A stretch of DNA of 64,000 nt from a virus (lineage: Duplodnaviria > Heunggongvirae > Uroviricota > Caudoviricetes): IMG/VR virus record IMGVR_UViG_3300032030_000019. The stretch is one strand, 5' to 3'. Below are positions 18,204 to 27,866 of this stretch, piece after piece. The translations under genes were made by a program, and so were the position numbers. Under the pieces are notes generated by a model. That model saw only the letters and a list, made by a program, of their open reading frames with translations. It was not told where the DNA came from and made no database searches. Position 1 is the first letter of the stretch; each line of letters begins with the position of its first letter.

Positions 18204-18227
18204 TCGGTGCTAAAAAATGACGAAAAG
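18204..18227 (-). promoter_or_regulatory. conserved intergenic motif (minus sense TTTTCGTCATTTTTTAGCACCGA), about 35 nt upstream of the 17558..18190 start
   Basis: near-identical 20-mer also at 29031..29055; related copies at 30671, 32098, 32336 and 36161. Confidence 0.4.
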
Positions 18228-18373
18228 AATAATCAGCCGAAATCCCGCATTAGAGCGAGAAGACGGCTGACTAATGGTATTAAGATTTCTTCGAAGCTAA
18301 CACATTAAATACAAATACGGCTGCCGTTGTTACCAACGTACCGACTGATTTAATGAGTTTACTGAGATCTTGA

Positions 18374-18691
18374 TTATCCATTTGCAGCCTCCTCATCAAT
18401 AATTTCTACATTACTGTTTACCAATTCTGTTCTACTATTGTCGACCAAAAGAACATCCTTGTTCTGTTGACTCAATGAAACTGCCGAAGCAACAATATCA
18501 GTTATTGCCTGGCCTCCTTGTGCAATTAGCGAAGAAACATTTGATATATGTTCCTCACGTAACTGTTTCTTTTTGGTCCTGTTCGACGATAATAAATTGA
18601 CGAGATTGGTTGTTGAAGAAGCTACCGAGATCCCAAGATCCAGCAACAATCGAATAGTACTTAACTTCATTAACTTCATACTATACCTCAC
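18374..18691 (-). CDS. hypothetical protein (105 aa)
   Basis: ORF. Confidence 0.35.
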   Translation of the reverse strand: MRYSMKLMKLSTIRLLLDLGISVASSTTNLVNLLSSNRTKKKQLREEHISNVSSLIAQGGQAITDIVASAVSLSQQNKDVLLVDNSRTELVNSNVEIIDEEAANG

Positions 18692-18824
18692 TAACCCATT
18701 GTACGTAGCATAAACTACGCATGCGCCTTAATGTTTTCACATTATGCGCCCATATTCTCGTCCACAATCGTCGAGGTTACGGTCCTAATATCATGTCGTG
18801 TACCTCCTACGTGAGAATTTGGTT

Positions 18825-19055
18825 TTACTTTTTTGGTTTCCACCCACGGTGTATTACAGGCGACCTGCTCGAAGTCGTGTGAAAATAACCACAGTGGGGA
18901 CACTTGTATATACGATCGGGAATACGTTTACCATAACGTTTTATTCTCGACCGTCTTCTTCTGTGTGCTATATTTACTACTCTCTGCGCCTCTTGAGAAG
19001 AGTAGCATACTTTTCCACTCGCGGGGCAGATTTCGTATTCGTTTTTGTCCTCCAT
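18825..19055 (-). CDS. small zinc-ribbon protein (76 aa)
   Basis: CPASGKVC...CPHCG pairs (C-x4-C ... C-x2-C), basic. Confidence 0.4.
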   Translation of the reverse strand: MEDKNEYEICPASGKVCYSSQEAQRVVNIAHRRRRSRIKRYGKRIPDRIYKCPHCGYFHTTSSRSPVIHRGWKPKK

Positions 19056-19157
19056 GACTATCCTCCGAATACCTTTCTTTCCATCCCATTGCGAGCCTTG
19101 TATTTTGTATATACATATATACTCCTTATAATTTTCTCTTTTCGCTCCCTCAAAAAA

Positions 19158-19958
19158 TTATTTCGTGAATTTACGTACAAAGTATTTTGCCAAATCAATT
19201 TTCTTTTTTCCGTATCTAAGGTAATACCTTGTTGGAATCCGTAAGTGAGCCTTACCCTGTTCATCCTTAAATGCTATAGGCGTTGTTTCGGATATTAATG
19301 TAAGGGTAGAATCTATCACCTTGAGTAGCGATTCGGATACCCCTAATACCTCAGTACCCTTTGTATGAATGAGGTATAGAGTTTTGATGTTGCCCCCCGT
19401 AGTGCGGCCTGTGATCTTAAATGTCCCAGCATGAAGAGACATCAAGCAGTGTGTGGCTAGAGGAGCAACCTTTTCCATTTCCTCCCATGCACTAAAGGGG
19501 TCTACGTCTTCAAATATAGCTCCTCCGTTTCTTGCAATGAACATACATTCGGATGTTCTCTTGCGATCCTCGCTATCTAGTCCCTGAGAATAATTCTTCA
19601 AGAGGAGGATCCATACGTTCTCTACATGATACCCTGATGGTGTAGGGTGTTTGTTTTGTGTGACCCACAAAATATGATCCTGTTCATCGCCCAGTTTCCC
19701 ATGACAAGTTAGTTTTAACCACTGAGTGCATTTTTCATGCTCTATCTCCATGATTTCAAACTCATCAGTATCGGGTGATCCAATCACAGGGATCAATACC
19801 GTTTCGCCAACCCTTGGATCAAATTGTACTAATTTCTCTTTCCCATTCCAAGGCAAATTATTCTCGATAATCCACCTTTTGTATAAGTTATGCAACTTCT
19901 GTTTATTTCCCCATTTCCATCCTAAAAACTTATTACTATTTACTTTACTATTGCTCAT
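19158..19958 (-). CDS. hypothetical protein (266 aa)
   Basis: ORF. Confidence 0.5.
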   Translation of the reverse strand: MSNSKVNSNKFLGWKWGNKQKLHNLYKRWIIENNLPWNGKEKLVQFDPRVGETVLIPVIGSPDTDEFEIMEIEHEKCTQWLKLTCHGKLGDEQDHILWVTQNKHPTPSGYHVENVWILLLKNYSQGLDSEDRKRTSECMFIARNGGAIFEDVDPFSAWEEMEKVAPLATHCLMSLHAGTFKITGRTTGGNIKTLYLIHTKGTEVLGVSESLLKVIDSTLTLISETTPIAFKDEQGKAHLRIPTRYYLRYGKKKIDLAKYFVRKFTK

Positions 19959-19970
19959 ACCCGGCCTCCT

Positions 19971-20375
19971 TTAGCCTACTAACAATGTTATAACCATCTT
20001 AAAGATCTCACCATCAAGATCTCCCAACTCCACGTCTGTCACTACGTTCGTTACGTCCCCATACGTAAGCGTATAATCCACACACGCAGGTTCCCCGTAA
20101 CCTTTGCTGTAAATACGTTTAATCTTACATTTAGCAACAACGTATTCGTCTTCGCCTTCGCCGGACGTTCCGAACGCTTTTGCCGGTACAGCTATACGTG
20201 TGTACAACGGACCGGTAAACGTATACTCTGATTGTGGTAAATTGTAGATACCGTCTGCGATGTCCTGAGCGATCTTTTTGTAATCGCTCTTAATTTCTGA
20301 GAAAGTTTTAATCATTTCAGCCTCCTTCTTAATAATATTCCCATATATCCTTATTTGGTGGAAGCTCGAGTACAC
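19971..20375 (-). CDS. hypothetical protein (134 aa)
   Basis: ORF. Confidence 0.45.
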   Translation of the reverse strand: MYSSFHQIRIYGNIIKKEAEMIKTFSEIKSDYKKIAQDIADGIYNLPQSEYTFTGPLYTRIAVPAKAFGTSGEGEDEYVVAKCKIKRIYSKGYGEPACVDYTLTYGDVTNVVTDVELGDLDGEIFKMVITLLVG

Positions 20376-20634
20376 CTCCTGTAACGAGCCCCCGTAATCC
20401 TAACAACTCAGTGTCTATAGCCGTTTGTTGTCTTGTTACATCCCTATTAACGCCGAACTCATTAACCCAGTAAGCTCCATAAGCCGTTTCCATGAGTTCA
20501 TCTAACACACGACCCGTAACTGTACAAGGTTCGAAGCAATGCAACGTTCCTGCTATACGTGACGGTTTAAACCGAGTTGTTATTTTCCATCCGATTCTCA
20601 TATATTGTGGGCCCAATTGAATAACGTACACCAC
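20329..20634 (-). CDS. hypothetical protein (101 aa)
   Basis: ORF; overlaps neighbours, so the start may be internal. Confidence 0.4.
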   Translation of the reverse strand: MVYVIQLGPQYMRIGWKITTRFKPSRIAGTLHCFEPCTVTGRVLDELMETAYGAYWVNEFGVNRDVTRQQTAIDTELLGLRGLVTGGVLELPPNKDIWEYY

Positions 20635-20984
20635 ACCATTGCTTCTACGTTATCAGGTAAGTGATCTACGTATGTCTCTACGATTACTCCATTAGTGGGT
20701 TCCTCGTATGAATCCATGTAGTCCTTCATTGGGAAAAAGGCTACACAAGCTTTCAACCGTGAGACGTCTGAACGGTATACAGATCGCACTTGACATATAT
20801 ACCAAGGTTCATCCGCAGAATACCCCTCGATTTCCTCAGCGATCTTATAATTCCCGTAGATATCTGTTGGAATATTCAATCCCATTGAATCGAATACATG
20901 ACAACGAGTGTCTTCAATCTTCGCTATCACATCCCGTTTCAATTCCTCATAAGATGCATGTACTTCATTCCATGTTTTGACCAT
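20598..20984 (-). CDS. hypothetical protein (128 aa)
   Basis: ORF. Confidence 0.45.
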   Translation of the reverse strand: MVKTWNEVHASYEELKRDVIAKIEDTRCHVFDSMGLNIPTDIYGNYKIAEEIEGYSADEPWYICQVRSVYRSDVSRLKACVAFFPMKDYMDSYEEPTNGVIVETYVDHLPDNVEAMVWCTLFNWAHNI

Positions 20985-21030
20985 TGTAAGCTCCTTTTAC
21001 TCTAAAAACAGCGAAAATTACGTATCCAAC

Positions 21031-21067
21031 AAAAAAAACCGACGCATATATAACATACACACGTCGG
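21031..21067 (-). terminator. rho-independent terminator after 21100..22125
   Basis: minus-strand stem CCGACG/CGTCGG with loop ..tatgttatatatg.., followed by T8. Confidence 0.55.
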
Positions 21068-21099
21068 CCTATCTAATATAAGGACACAATAATTTTAGC

Positions 21100-22125
21100 C
21101 TATTCCACTACCTCAAGACGATGTCCACACTTTGGGCATTTGAATGCGAGAACATTATCAGGCATTTCAATTTCCGTCCCACAATCAGGACATGTCGTCT
21201 CAATACACCCTTCTTTTCCCTCATCCTTTTCCTCATCATCCTGGAACTTAAAATCAAAAAGCCCCTCAATGATTCGGAATGTTTTATCGGGGATCCTTCC
21301 GTCAGGGTTGCCCGCATTTACGATCTCTGCGAGTTCCGCTGTTGTCTTAATCCCTTCCGCCAACAGATCATGCATACACGCTGATGGTAGTTCTTTGCCT
21401 AATTCAGGGAAATAGTTGGATTGCACATCTAATATTATTTTATACCCAACAAGTTTCTGAATCAGAGCTAAGTTCGTGCCCTTACGTCCGAGGATTTTGA
21501 ATACATCCTGACGTTGGCACGTTACGTGGGCTGTACGTTCAACCATATTCACGTTGATACTACTCACGTGAATATCATGTAAGGCGTTACGTATATACTT
21601 AGATACGTCAGCATCCCACATGATAAAGTCTATTGGCTGACGTATAACCTTTTCGATGTTGTACTTTTCAGCCGTACGTATTGCCGACGTTAGCACAGGA
21701 AATGGATCCGTATACCCATTTGACGTTATGGCTACTTTGATACCACAACCTTCATATACAAACCCCTTAATCTGAATATCACCGTCAGCAATAGGCGTAC
21801 ATATGCTGGCAAGAACGTACGGCAACTGTTTTCGTCCACGTGCCAACGTATAGACAACTTGTGTTTTATTGTCTACACTATTGAACAATTCTCCGATTAT
21901 TGTTGCCCATATTTTCTTGCCAACGTTTGTGTCTACGTCGGGCTTACATTTGTGCTGACGTCGACCCTTCTTTTCTTCCTTGGGTCTATTATCTTTCGGA
22001 ATGTTATCAGCTGGCAAAAAACCTATTCGTTTTCTACCAGCTTCAACGAAAGTACACATATATTGCCCTTTCGTCTCATTCCGAATTTCTGCTTCAACCG
22101 TTCTCCCAATTAGTCGTTCGCTCAT
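21100..22125 (-). CDS. NusA-like RNA-binding protein (S1 + KH + C-terminal Zn ribbon), paralog 2
   Basis: S1-like N-terminus (GRTVEAEI...RIGFLPADNI), KH motif VFKILGRKGTNLALIQKLVGYKIILDV resembling NusA KH1, CPDCG...CPKCG zinc ribbon. Confidence 0.55.
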   Translation of the reverse strand: MSERLIGRTVEAEIRNETKGQYMCTFVEAGRKRIGFLPADNIPKDNRPKEEKKGRRQHKCKPDVDTNVGKKIWATIIGELFNSVDNKTQVVYTLARGRKQLPYVLASICTPIADGDIQIKGFVYEGCGIKVAITSNGYTDPFPVLTSAIRTAEKYNIEKVIRQPIDFIMWDADVSKYIRNALHDIHVSSINVNMVERTAHVTCQRQDVFKILGRKGTNLALIQKLVGYKIILDVQSNYFPELGKELPSACMHDLLAEGIKTTAELAEIVNAGNPDGRIPDKTFRIIEGLFDFKFQDDEEKDEGKEGCIETTCPDCGTEIEMPDNVLAFKCPKCGHRLEVVE

Positions 22126-22249
22126 ACAGAGCCTCCTTATATAAAAAAAAAGAGGACGTTAACTGGCAATGTGACACGCACGTGCTGCTAACGTCCCTGT
22201 TCTATTAGGTACTTTGTTATTCTTAAGCTTCGCTCATTTTCATGCCTCC

Positions 22250-22468
22250 TTAGTAATCTTCATCTTTCCAACCCTCTATAACGAACACTCCTCCACCATT
22301 CCGTGTCATGGTAGCCCGTACGTTCGTTTCGCCGTTTTGGGGATATTCACTGTTTTGGGGATAGTTGATACGTACCGTAACCTCATCATCGGGACTATCA
22401 GCTAACTGTAAACATTCAATCAGGTCTTTCACAGTCATGGCCGTACCCACGTCCCCTCGAATACCCAC
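22250..22468 (-). CDS. hypothetical protein (72 aa)
   Basis: ORF. Confidence 0.4.
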   Translation of the reverse strand: MGIRGDVGTAMTVKDLIECLQLADSPDDEVTVRINYPQNSEYPQNGETNVRATMTRNGGGVFVIEGWKDEDY

Positions 22469-22701
22469 ATCGGAGCACCATTGTTAGAGTCCACTCCGAG
22501 GAATGTTACGTTTTCATAACATACTTCGTCATGCCAAGTGCTTGTTCCCCTCACATCACCATACGCATACTGATACGTAGTGGTAGTATTGGGTGCGTAC
22601 ACCGTCAACTTGGCTTTCGCCTTGTTGTACAAAAAGTTGTCTACGGCGGTGATTACGTACTCGTCACTATCCTTATCCTTTATCTTTAATACATGTGACA
22701 T
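22435..22701 (-). CDS. hypothetical protein (88 aa)
   Basis: ORF. Confidence 0.4.
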   Translation of the reverse strand: MSHVLKIKDKDSDEYVITAVDNFLYNKAKAKLTVYAPNTTTTYQYAYGDVRGTSTWHDEVCYENVTFLGVDSNNGAPMWVFEGTWVRP

Positions 22702-22720
22702 TTTATACCTCCTTTGTCAC

Positions 22721-23080
22721 TTACGCTGCTTTTTCCAAACCCATTTTTGCTCGAAGCTCTGACGGAAGCCCTACTAACGTGTATGCTTCGAAGTCCAAGT
22801 CAGGGCATCGATTATACACGACTGCATGATCTTTTGAGATAAGACGAACGTAGGACTTAAATTCCTTGCCACTCACGTGATTAACCTGTGTAAGGTATCT
22901 ATGAAAATCACCTAACTCACGTGCCTCGTATGAGTTAACCGTTCCCTCGTCTTTGAAGGACTTGTCGAAGTGTTCAGGATGTTCCATTACATACTGAAGG
23001 GCCTCGGGATACTTGTGCTGATCCTCGATTAATTCACCGTTTGTTTTCAACTCTTCTAACATTTTTCCAAACCATGTCAT
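22721..23080 (-). CDS. hypothetical protein (119 aa)
   Basis: ORF. Confidence 0.45.
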   Translation of the reverse strand: MTWFGKMLEELKTNGELIEDQHKYPEALQYVMEHPEHFDKSFKDEGTVNSYEARELGDFHRYLTQVNHVSGKEFKSYVRLISKDHAVVYNRCPDLDFEAYTLVGLPSELRAKMGLEKAA

Positions 23081-23164
23081 ATTATATCCTTTCGCGTACT
23101 TCTAGGGCTCGCGACACCACATAATAATTTAACTTCACTTATCCGTACGACACGCGCTAGATGG

Positions 23165-23208
23165 AAGTTAAAAAGAAATAAGCCCCTCACGTATAACGCA
23201 AGAGGCTT
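23165..23208 (-). terminator. probable terminator after 23236..23676
   Basis: imperfect stem AAGCC(c)TC/GA(g)GGCTT followed by ATTTCTTTTT. Confidence 0.35.
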
Positions 23209-23235
23209 ATCGTTATAATGACGAAAAACTTATCA

Positions 23236-23676
23236 TCAGAACTTCTTCTCGACAGCCACTACAAATCGAGAAAGGGATTCAGGGTCATCGCCCTTCAGTT
23301 CATCACCATTAATCCAATAAACAATAAGTTCATCACCTGACCCTTTAGGGAAATATCCTACATAATCAGGGAAAAGCACTACATTGTCATTTTCATCATG
23401 AAAGATGTACTTTGGGGCTATATACCGACCCTTACTTTGATCGAAACATACTGTAATAGTCTGACTCTGTGTACAATTTGCCACAACATGTCGTACTCCG
23501 TTTTTGAATTCGATCATTTCCTTAGACAGTAATACAAGCTTCTGACAATCAGGTGTCTTTAAGATAGGCGTACATAATGTCATTCCTATCTCGAGATTTT
23601 GCAACAGAAGCTTCTCCTGTCCTGGAATATTTTTTAATTTCTGATCCTTGATAAATTTTTCTGCCAATTTATGCAT
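23236..23676 (-). CDS. hypothetical protein (146 aa)
   Basis: ORF. Confidence 0.45.
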   Translation of the reverse strand: MHKLAEKFIKDQKLKNIPGQEKLLLQNLEIGMTLCTPILKTPDCQKLVLLSKEMIEFKNGVRHVVANCTQSQTITVCFDQSKGRYIAPKYIFHDENDNVVLFPDYVGYFPKGSGDELIVYWINGDELKGDDPESLSRFVVAVEKKF

Positions 23677-23739
23677 ATAGCTACTCCCTTTGAATAAATC
23701 TTCTTTGTATTGCCATATGCTCCCTCCTGTAATACTGGT

Positions 23740-25062
23740 TTATCCAGCTGGGAATACAACCTCAAACTGTTTATATGGGCATGTATCCATTATATTGTTT
23801 GTCAGAACAACAGTCTTGTCTTCAAACAACACAGGACTCCAATCAGTATAATTGTCTGTCATAATAACAATCAAATCAGGATCCATTCTATGGTCCTGTA
23901 CATATACGCTGATCGCACCCATATCTGTACCACCACCTTCTGTAGTAAGCACTTCGCTTTGACATACATCAAAGTCCTGTATTACACGACAAACAGCAGT
24001 GTCACATTCAAGGATAGTGACTTTAATCTCAAGATCATCGGAATCAGCTATTGATTTCATAATTCCATACATCTTTTCGGTTAAGCCACTCATACTCCCC
24101 GACACGTCCATTCCGATGACAAGATTTAATTCAGTGACATAATCTACACGTGCCGGATAAATTATGTTTTTAATTAAGCCTTGTAGTCTACGATTAGGTT
24201 TTCTGAATGTTCTATGCTCGAATCCATACTGCATCTGTGATGACTTCGTATGTAGCACAGCCTTGAATACATCCTCCCAATTGTAGACAATCTTTTCCAC
24301 TTTTTTCAATGCATCGCTCGGATTAGAACCCTTTCCTTGGGCTTGCGCTGCCGCGGATTCACATTCGCCTCTGAGCTTCTGCACGGCCGTCGTGGTTTTT
24401 CCATCCTTGTATCCTTTCATGCTTATATCCATACCATCAGGACCTAATGGTACACCTAATGGCACACAGTTCTTACACTGTGGATATTGGCTAGGATCGA
24501 AAGGCATAGGAATAGGATTCCCATTCGCATCTTTTGGACAATTCTTGCAATCTTTACAAGAAGATGCAGATTGAACCAAGAGTTCCAAATACTCCTCATA
24601 AGTTCGATACTCAGGGAACGGCCGACCATCCTTCAGCTTGTAATTACTTGGCATTTGTGGTGTTCTATGAGGATACTCAATATACTGATTTATCTCCATA
24701 TCTGCCGCAATATTATGCACGAGAAAATTTACATCCTGACGTGGGCTACGTTTGATACGCGTATGATGATCAAATATATAATGCATTAATTCATGCAGTA
24801 TATGACCACACAACTCTTGACTCACGACATTCTCTTTATCAGTGTTTGTCATTCCCGTACCTTGAGGCTTATACTTTTCATAAAGTTTCTTTACATATTC
24901 CCTATTAAAAGAATACTCAAGGTTCGCTGACATCGCACCTGTATCGAGTGTTTCGTTGTCTTCCGCATAGCGCATCTGTGTAATCACAGGTCCGTAAAAA
25001 GGATGATCTTTCGCAATCTTTCTCAAGGCAACCATGATCATATCGATTACTTCATCGACCAT
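23740..25062 (-). CDS. von Willebrand factor A protein with N-terminal HExxH metallopeptidase-like region (DUF2201-like), MoxR partner
   Basis: HILHELMHYIFDHH (HExxH), MIDAS motif LVIGMDVSGSMSG (DxSxS), adjacent to an AAA_5 ATPase. Confidence 0.7.
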   Translation of the reverse strand: MVDEVIDMIMVALRKIAKDHPFYGPVITQMRYAEDNETLDTGAMSANLEYSFNREYVKKLYEKYKPQGTGMTNTDKENVVSQELCGHILHELMHYIFDHHTRIKRSPRQDVNFLVHNIAADMEINQYIEYPHRTPQMPSNYKLKDGRPFPEYRTYEEYLELLVQSASSCKDCKNCPKDANGNPIPMPFDPSQYPQCKNCVPLGVPLGPDGMDISMKGYKDGKTTTAVQKLRGECESAAAQAQGKGSNPSDALKKVEKIVYNWEDVFKAVLHTKSSQMQYGFEHRTFRKPNRRLQGLIKNIIYPARVDYVTELNLVIGMDVSGSMSGLTEKMYGIMKSIADSDDLEIKVTILECDTAVCRVIQDFDVCQSEVLTTEGGGTDMGAISVYVQDHRMDPDLIVIMTDNYTDWSPVLFEDKTVVLTNNIMDTCPYKQFEVVFPAG

Positions 25063-25110
25063 GTTTACCTCCTTTTACTAACACACCATATTCTCCCATT
25101 GTCCCGTAAC

Positions 25111-26319
25111 TTACCAACCGATATAAGGCGATAATTCGTCGTATCCCTCTATCATGCTTGACAAATCAATACCTTTACCTTTCAATTCCTTCGGCTGAAT
25201 AATACCCTGTTCAATCAGGATATCAATATGACCGCGAAGGAACTTCATGATAAGAGTCGGGTATCCATGGTAATCACCGTATTTGCCATCTTTGTTATAG
25301 ATGACATTAATAACCTGAGCCCAAAGAGGTAAATACTTCTTAGGATCAAGCTGAAAGTAATATGCCATGGATGACATAATCTTGCTCACCTGGTCGTGTT
25401 CTTCTGGGTCTGGTAATTTGAAGTCTTTCTCATGACCGACGAAAGATGATAATTCGATACCGAGACCTTTGTAATCACGACAAAATGACAAGAAAAGCGG
25501 AGCCGCGGCAATACCTACTGTACCACACAATATCTCCAACAGGTAATCCGGTTCGTTCTGATCCAATGTTGCCATAATCTGAGTTGCAAGATCCCACGTT
25601 CTACCCGTTGGGAATGCTACATCGGTTTTCTTCACAATTGTCGTCGGCGTGATATTATGCATATCAGGATTCTGTTTAATGAAATCCACAGTTGCCAAAC
25701 GATATTGTAGAAGTTTCTTCCGACGTGTCTCAAGATCGTTGATGATCGGACGCTCGTAGCTCTGGAAGCCACTTACAAGTCCTTCACACCACTGCACCGG
25801 ATCAGGTTCTACAAACAAGTGTACAAGTCGATTCATCAATGCTGTACTCATCTGTTTGTTGCCTGCTGTATCCGTATAGTTTCCTGCTGCTACACGGAAT
25901 GTTGTCTCAGGGATACTAAACTCTCCATAATTACAATCCTGAATAATAGAGAGCAACGCTACCTGGATACTCATTGGACAAGTATTAATCTCATCAAAGA
26001 AGATGATACCATTTCGACACTTTTCCAACTGTTTGATGTGTAACGGAACAGAATATTTCATTTCCATTCGTCCATCTGCACCTGTATCCAAATACGGAAT
26101 ACCTCCGAGGTCCGTCGGGTCTGCCTTATTACCCGACTTGATATATGTGGGCACTTTTAAGATCTTGCCCATGAACTTTACGGTGGCTGTTTTACCACAG
26201 CCTGGCGTACTCCAAATCATTGTTGGGACACCTGCATGATACAGTCCCAACAGTAATTTAATTAAGGAGTTATGCTTTACCACTGGATTAACTCCACCGT
26301 CCACTTTCTTTTTTGCCAT
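25111..26319 (-). CDS. MoxR-like AAA+ ATPase (AAA_5 family)
   Basis: Walker A STPGCGKTAT, Walker B IIFFDEINTC, size and sensor region typical of MoxR/RavA/CbbQ-type ATPases. Confidence 0.8.
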   Translation of the reverse strand: MAKKKVDGGVNPVVKHNSLIKLLLGLYHAGVPTMIWSTPGCGKTATVKFMGKILKVPTYIKSGNKADPTDLGGIPYLDTGADGRMEMKYSVPLHIKQLEKCRNGIIFFDEINTCPMSIQVALLSIIQDCNYGEFSIPETTFRVAAGNYTDTAGNKQMSTALMNRLVHLFVEPDPVQWCEGLVSGFQSYERPIINDLETRRKKLLQYRLATVDFIKQNPDMHNITPTTIVKKTDVAFPTGRTWDLATQIMATLDQNEPDYLLEILCGTVGIAAAPLFLSFCRDYKGLGIELSSFVGHEKDFKLPDPEEHDQVSKIMSSMAYYFQLDPKKYLPLWAQVINVIYNKDGKYGDYHGYPTLIMKFLRGHIDILIEQGIIQPKELKGKGIDLSSMIEGYDELSPYIGW

Positions 26320-26379
26320 TTAAGGCTCCTTTTACTAACACACCATGTTCTCCCATTGTTAAAAAAAATATTCAAAACG

Positions 26380-26637
26380 TTATTTTACGTCATCTTTTGT
26401 ACCCTCCTTTGGCACATACATAGGCAGGTATGACCATTTCAAAACGTCTTCTACGTGGATTACGCCTGTGCCCTCGTATTCCCAATATCCAAAGACGTTA
26501 GAACGTTTATCATAATATCCAGCCACAGGTACGCCCGCGTTTACGTTTGCGTACGGCTGAATAATGATCGTCTCGTGATGGGGTGGTAATTTATCTTTAA
26601 GACTGTACCACTCCATAATTGGTTGCATGCCGCTCAT
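26380..26637 (-). CDS. hypothetical protein (85 aa)
   Basis: ORF. Confidence 0.4.
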   Translation of the reverse strand: MSGMQPIMEWYSLKDKLPPHHETIIIQPYANVNAGVPVAGYYDKRSNVFGYWEYEGTGVIHVEDVLKWSYLPMYVPKEGTKDDVK

Positions 26638-27175
26638 TTGTACCTCCTATCCTCTCGATTGGGGCTTCTTTTACCATAATCGAGAATTTCTCCATATCTA
26701 TAAAATCCTCCAATATCCCATTCTTGACAAATAAAATTGGGAGGATATTTATCTTCTCACCGTTCGGAAACTTCTTAATTGGCTGCCACGTAAGAAGCAT
26801 ATCCTTACGTTCATCTTTCAGGTCAGTATTATACGTACTACGTCTGTACTGATCTACAACCGATGGGGAGAAGAACCGACGTAGCTTCTCAACGTCGGCA
26901 GCATATGGCTGAACCTTTTCCCAATCGTAGGCAAACAGCACCACGACGTCTTGACATTCAAGCACCTCATGTATAACCATATTCTTGAATGTTCGTCGAG
27001 TAATACGGCTGATATGCTGGACCTCATTTCCGACTTTTACGCTTGCACCGACGTGAAAACCACCTATATGCGTGGTTTTAGGGTGCTCCTCGCTCATAGC
27101 CTCGCCCTGAAACCAGTTCGGCACGTATTTCTCGTCTATTTTTGCTAGCGTTATCACTCTTTTGTTCTCAACCAT
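26597..27175 (-). CDS. hypothetical protein (192 aa)
   Basis: ORF. Confidence 0.45.
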   Translation of the reverse strand: MVENKRVITLAKIDEKYVPNWFQGEAMSEEHPKTTHIGGFHVGASVKVGNEVQHISRITRRTFKNMVIHEVLECQDVVVLFAYDWEKVQPYAADVEKLRRFFSPSVVDQYRRSTYNTDLKDERKDMLLTWQPIKKFPNGEKINILPILFVKNGILEDFIDMEKFSIMVKEAPIERIGGTNERHATNYGVVQS

Positions 27176-27449
27176 TCTTAGCCTCCGTTTTTGTATTTTG
27201 GGATTTTAACTTATCCCTTAACTCACAAGCACGTGAATACTTAACTTGCCCACGTGCATACAACCATGCGACGTAATCGCCCTCATGCGAACCGTCGATG
27301 ATTTTTAATAACTTCGCATCATCGCGATGTTGTGCTTTCTGACCATTTACCCAGATTTTGCACAGACCATGATAATACTCTACCTCAATTGACCGTAATA
27401 TCATGACCCCATCTTCATTACTAACGTACGTATAAGCTCTATTCCTCAT
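27168..27449 (-). CDS. hypothetical protein (93 aa)
   Basis: ORF. Confidence 0.4.
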   Translation of the reverse strand: MRNRAYTYVSNEDGVMILRSIEVEYYHGLCKIWVNGQKAQHRDDAKLLKIIDGSHEGDYVAWLYARGQVKYSRACELRDKLKSQNTKTEAKNG

Positions 27450-27585
27450 ATATACTGCCTTGCCTTATACATACCACACACTGCCTCAGGACTATGTGAC
27501 TGTAGATCCCGAGAACACACAGGCATAATACTTGATCCACACCTGTATGCACAATTCTTACAACATTCGCTCATATGCAACCTCC

Positions 27586-27801
27586 TTACACGCCAAGAAA
27601 GAGTTTAACTGCACCTATCATGAAGATACAGAAACTCACACCCGTTATGATTGCTGACACCATACCAACGTATGCCGCAATCGTGGCAATTACGTCGGTT
27701 GTATCTTCCTTTCTCGCTGTTAACACGAGAGAAGATAGTATCGTTACAGCGACTGAAATTATCATTGTAACGAAAACCCAAAACAAGAACACCTTAAACA
27801 T
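27586..27801 (-). CDS. small two-TM membrane protein (71 aa)
   Basis: two hydrophobic helices (VFLFWVFVTMIISVAVTILSSLVL; VGMVSAIITGVSFCIFMIGAV); holin-like topology, unproven. Confidence 0.35.
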   Translation of the reverse strand: MFKVFLFWVFVTMIISVAVTILSSLVLTARKEDTTDVIATIAAYVGMVSAIITGVSFCIFMIGAVKLFLGV

Positions 27802-27866
27802 ATTGTACCTCCTTTAGAAATCTATATGTCCTTAATAAATTTTCTCTTTTCGAAACCCCACCAATT

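Noticed and set aside
18798-19244. 148-aa plus-strand ORF and several other plus-strand ORFs (558..815, 1845..2177, 2569..2928, 5448..5693, 17560..17922, 54020..54283, etc.)
   Set aside because: They overlap confidently assigned minus-strand genes, lack RBSs, and have a skewed composition. They were treated as frame shadows.
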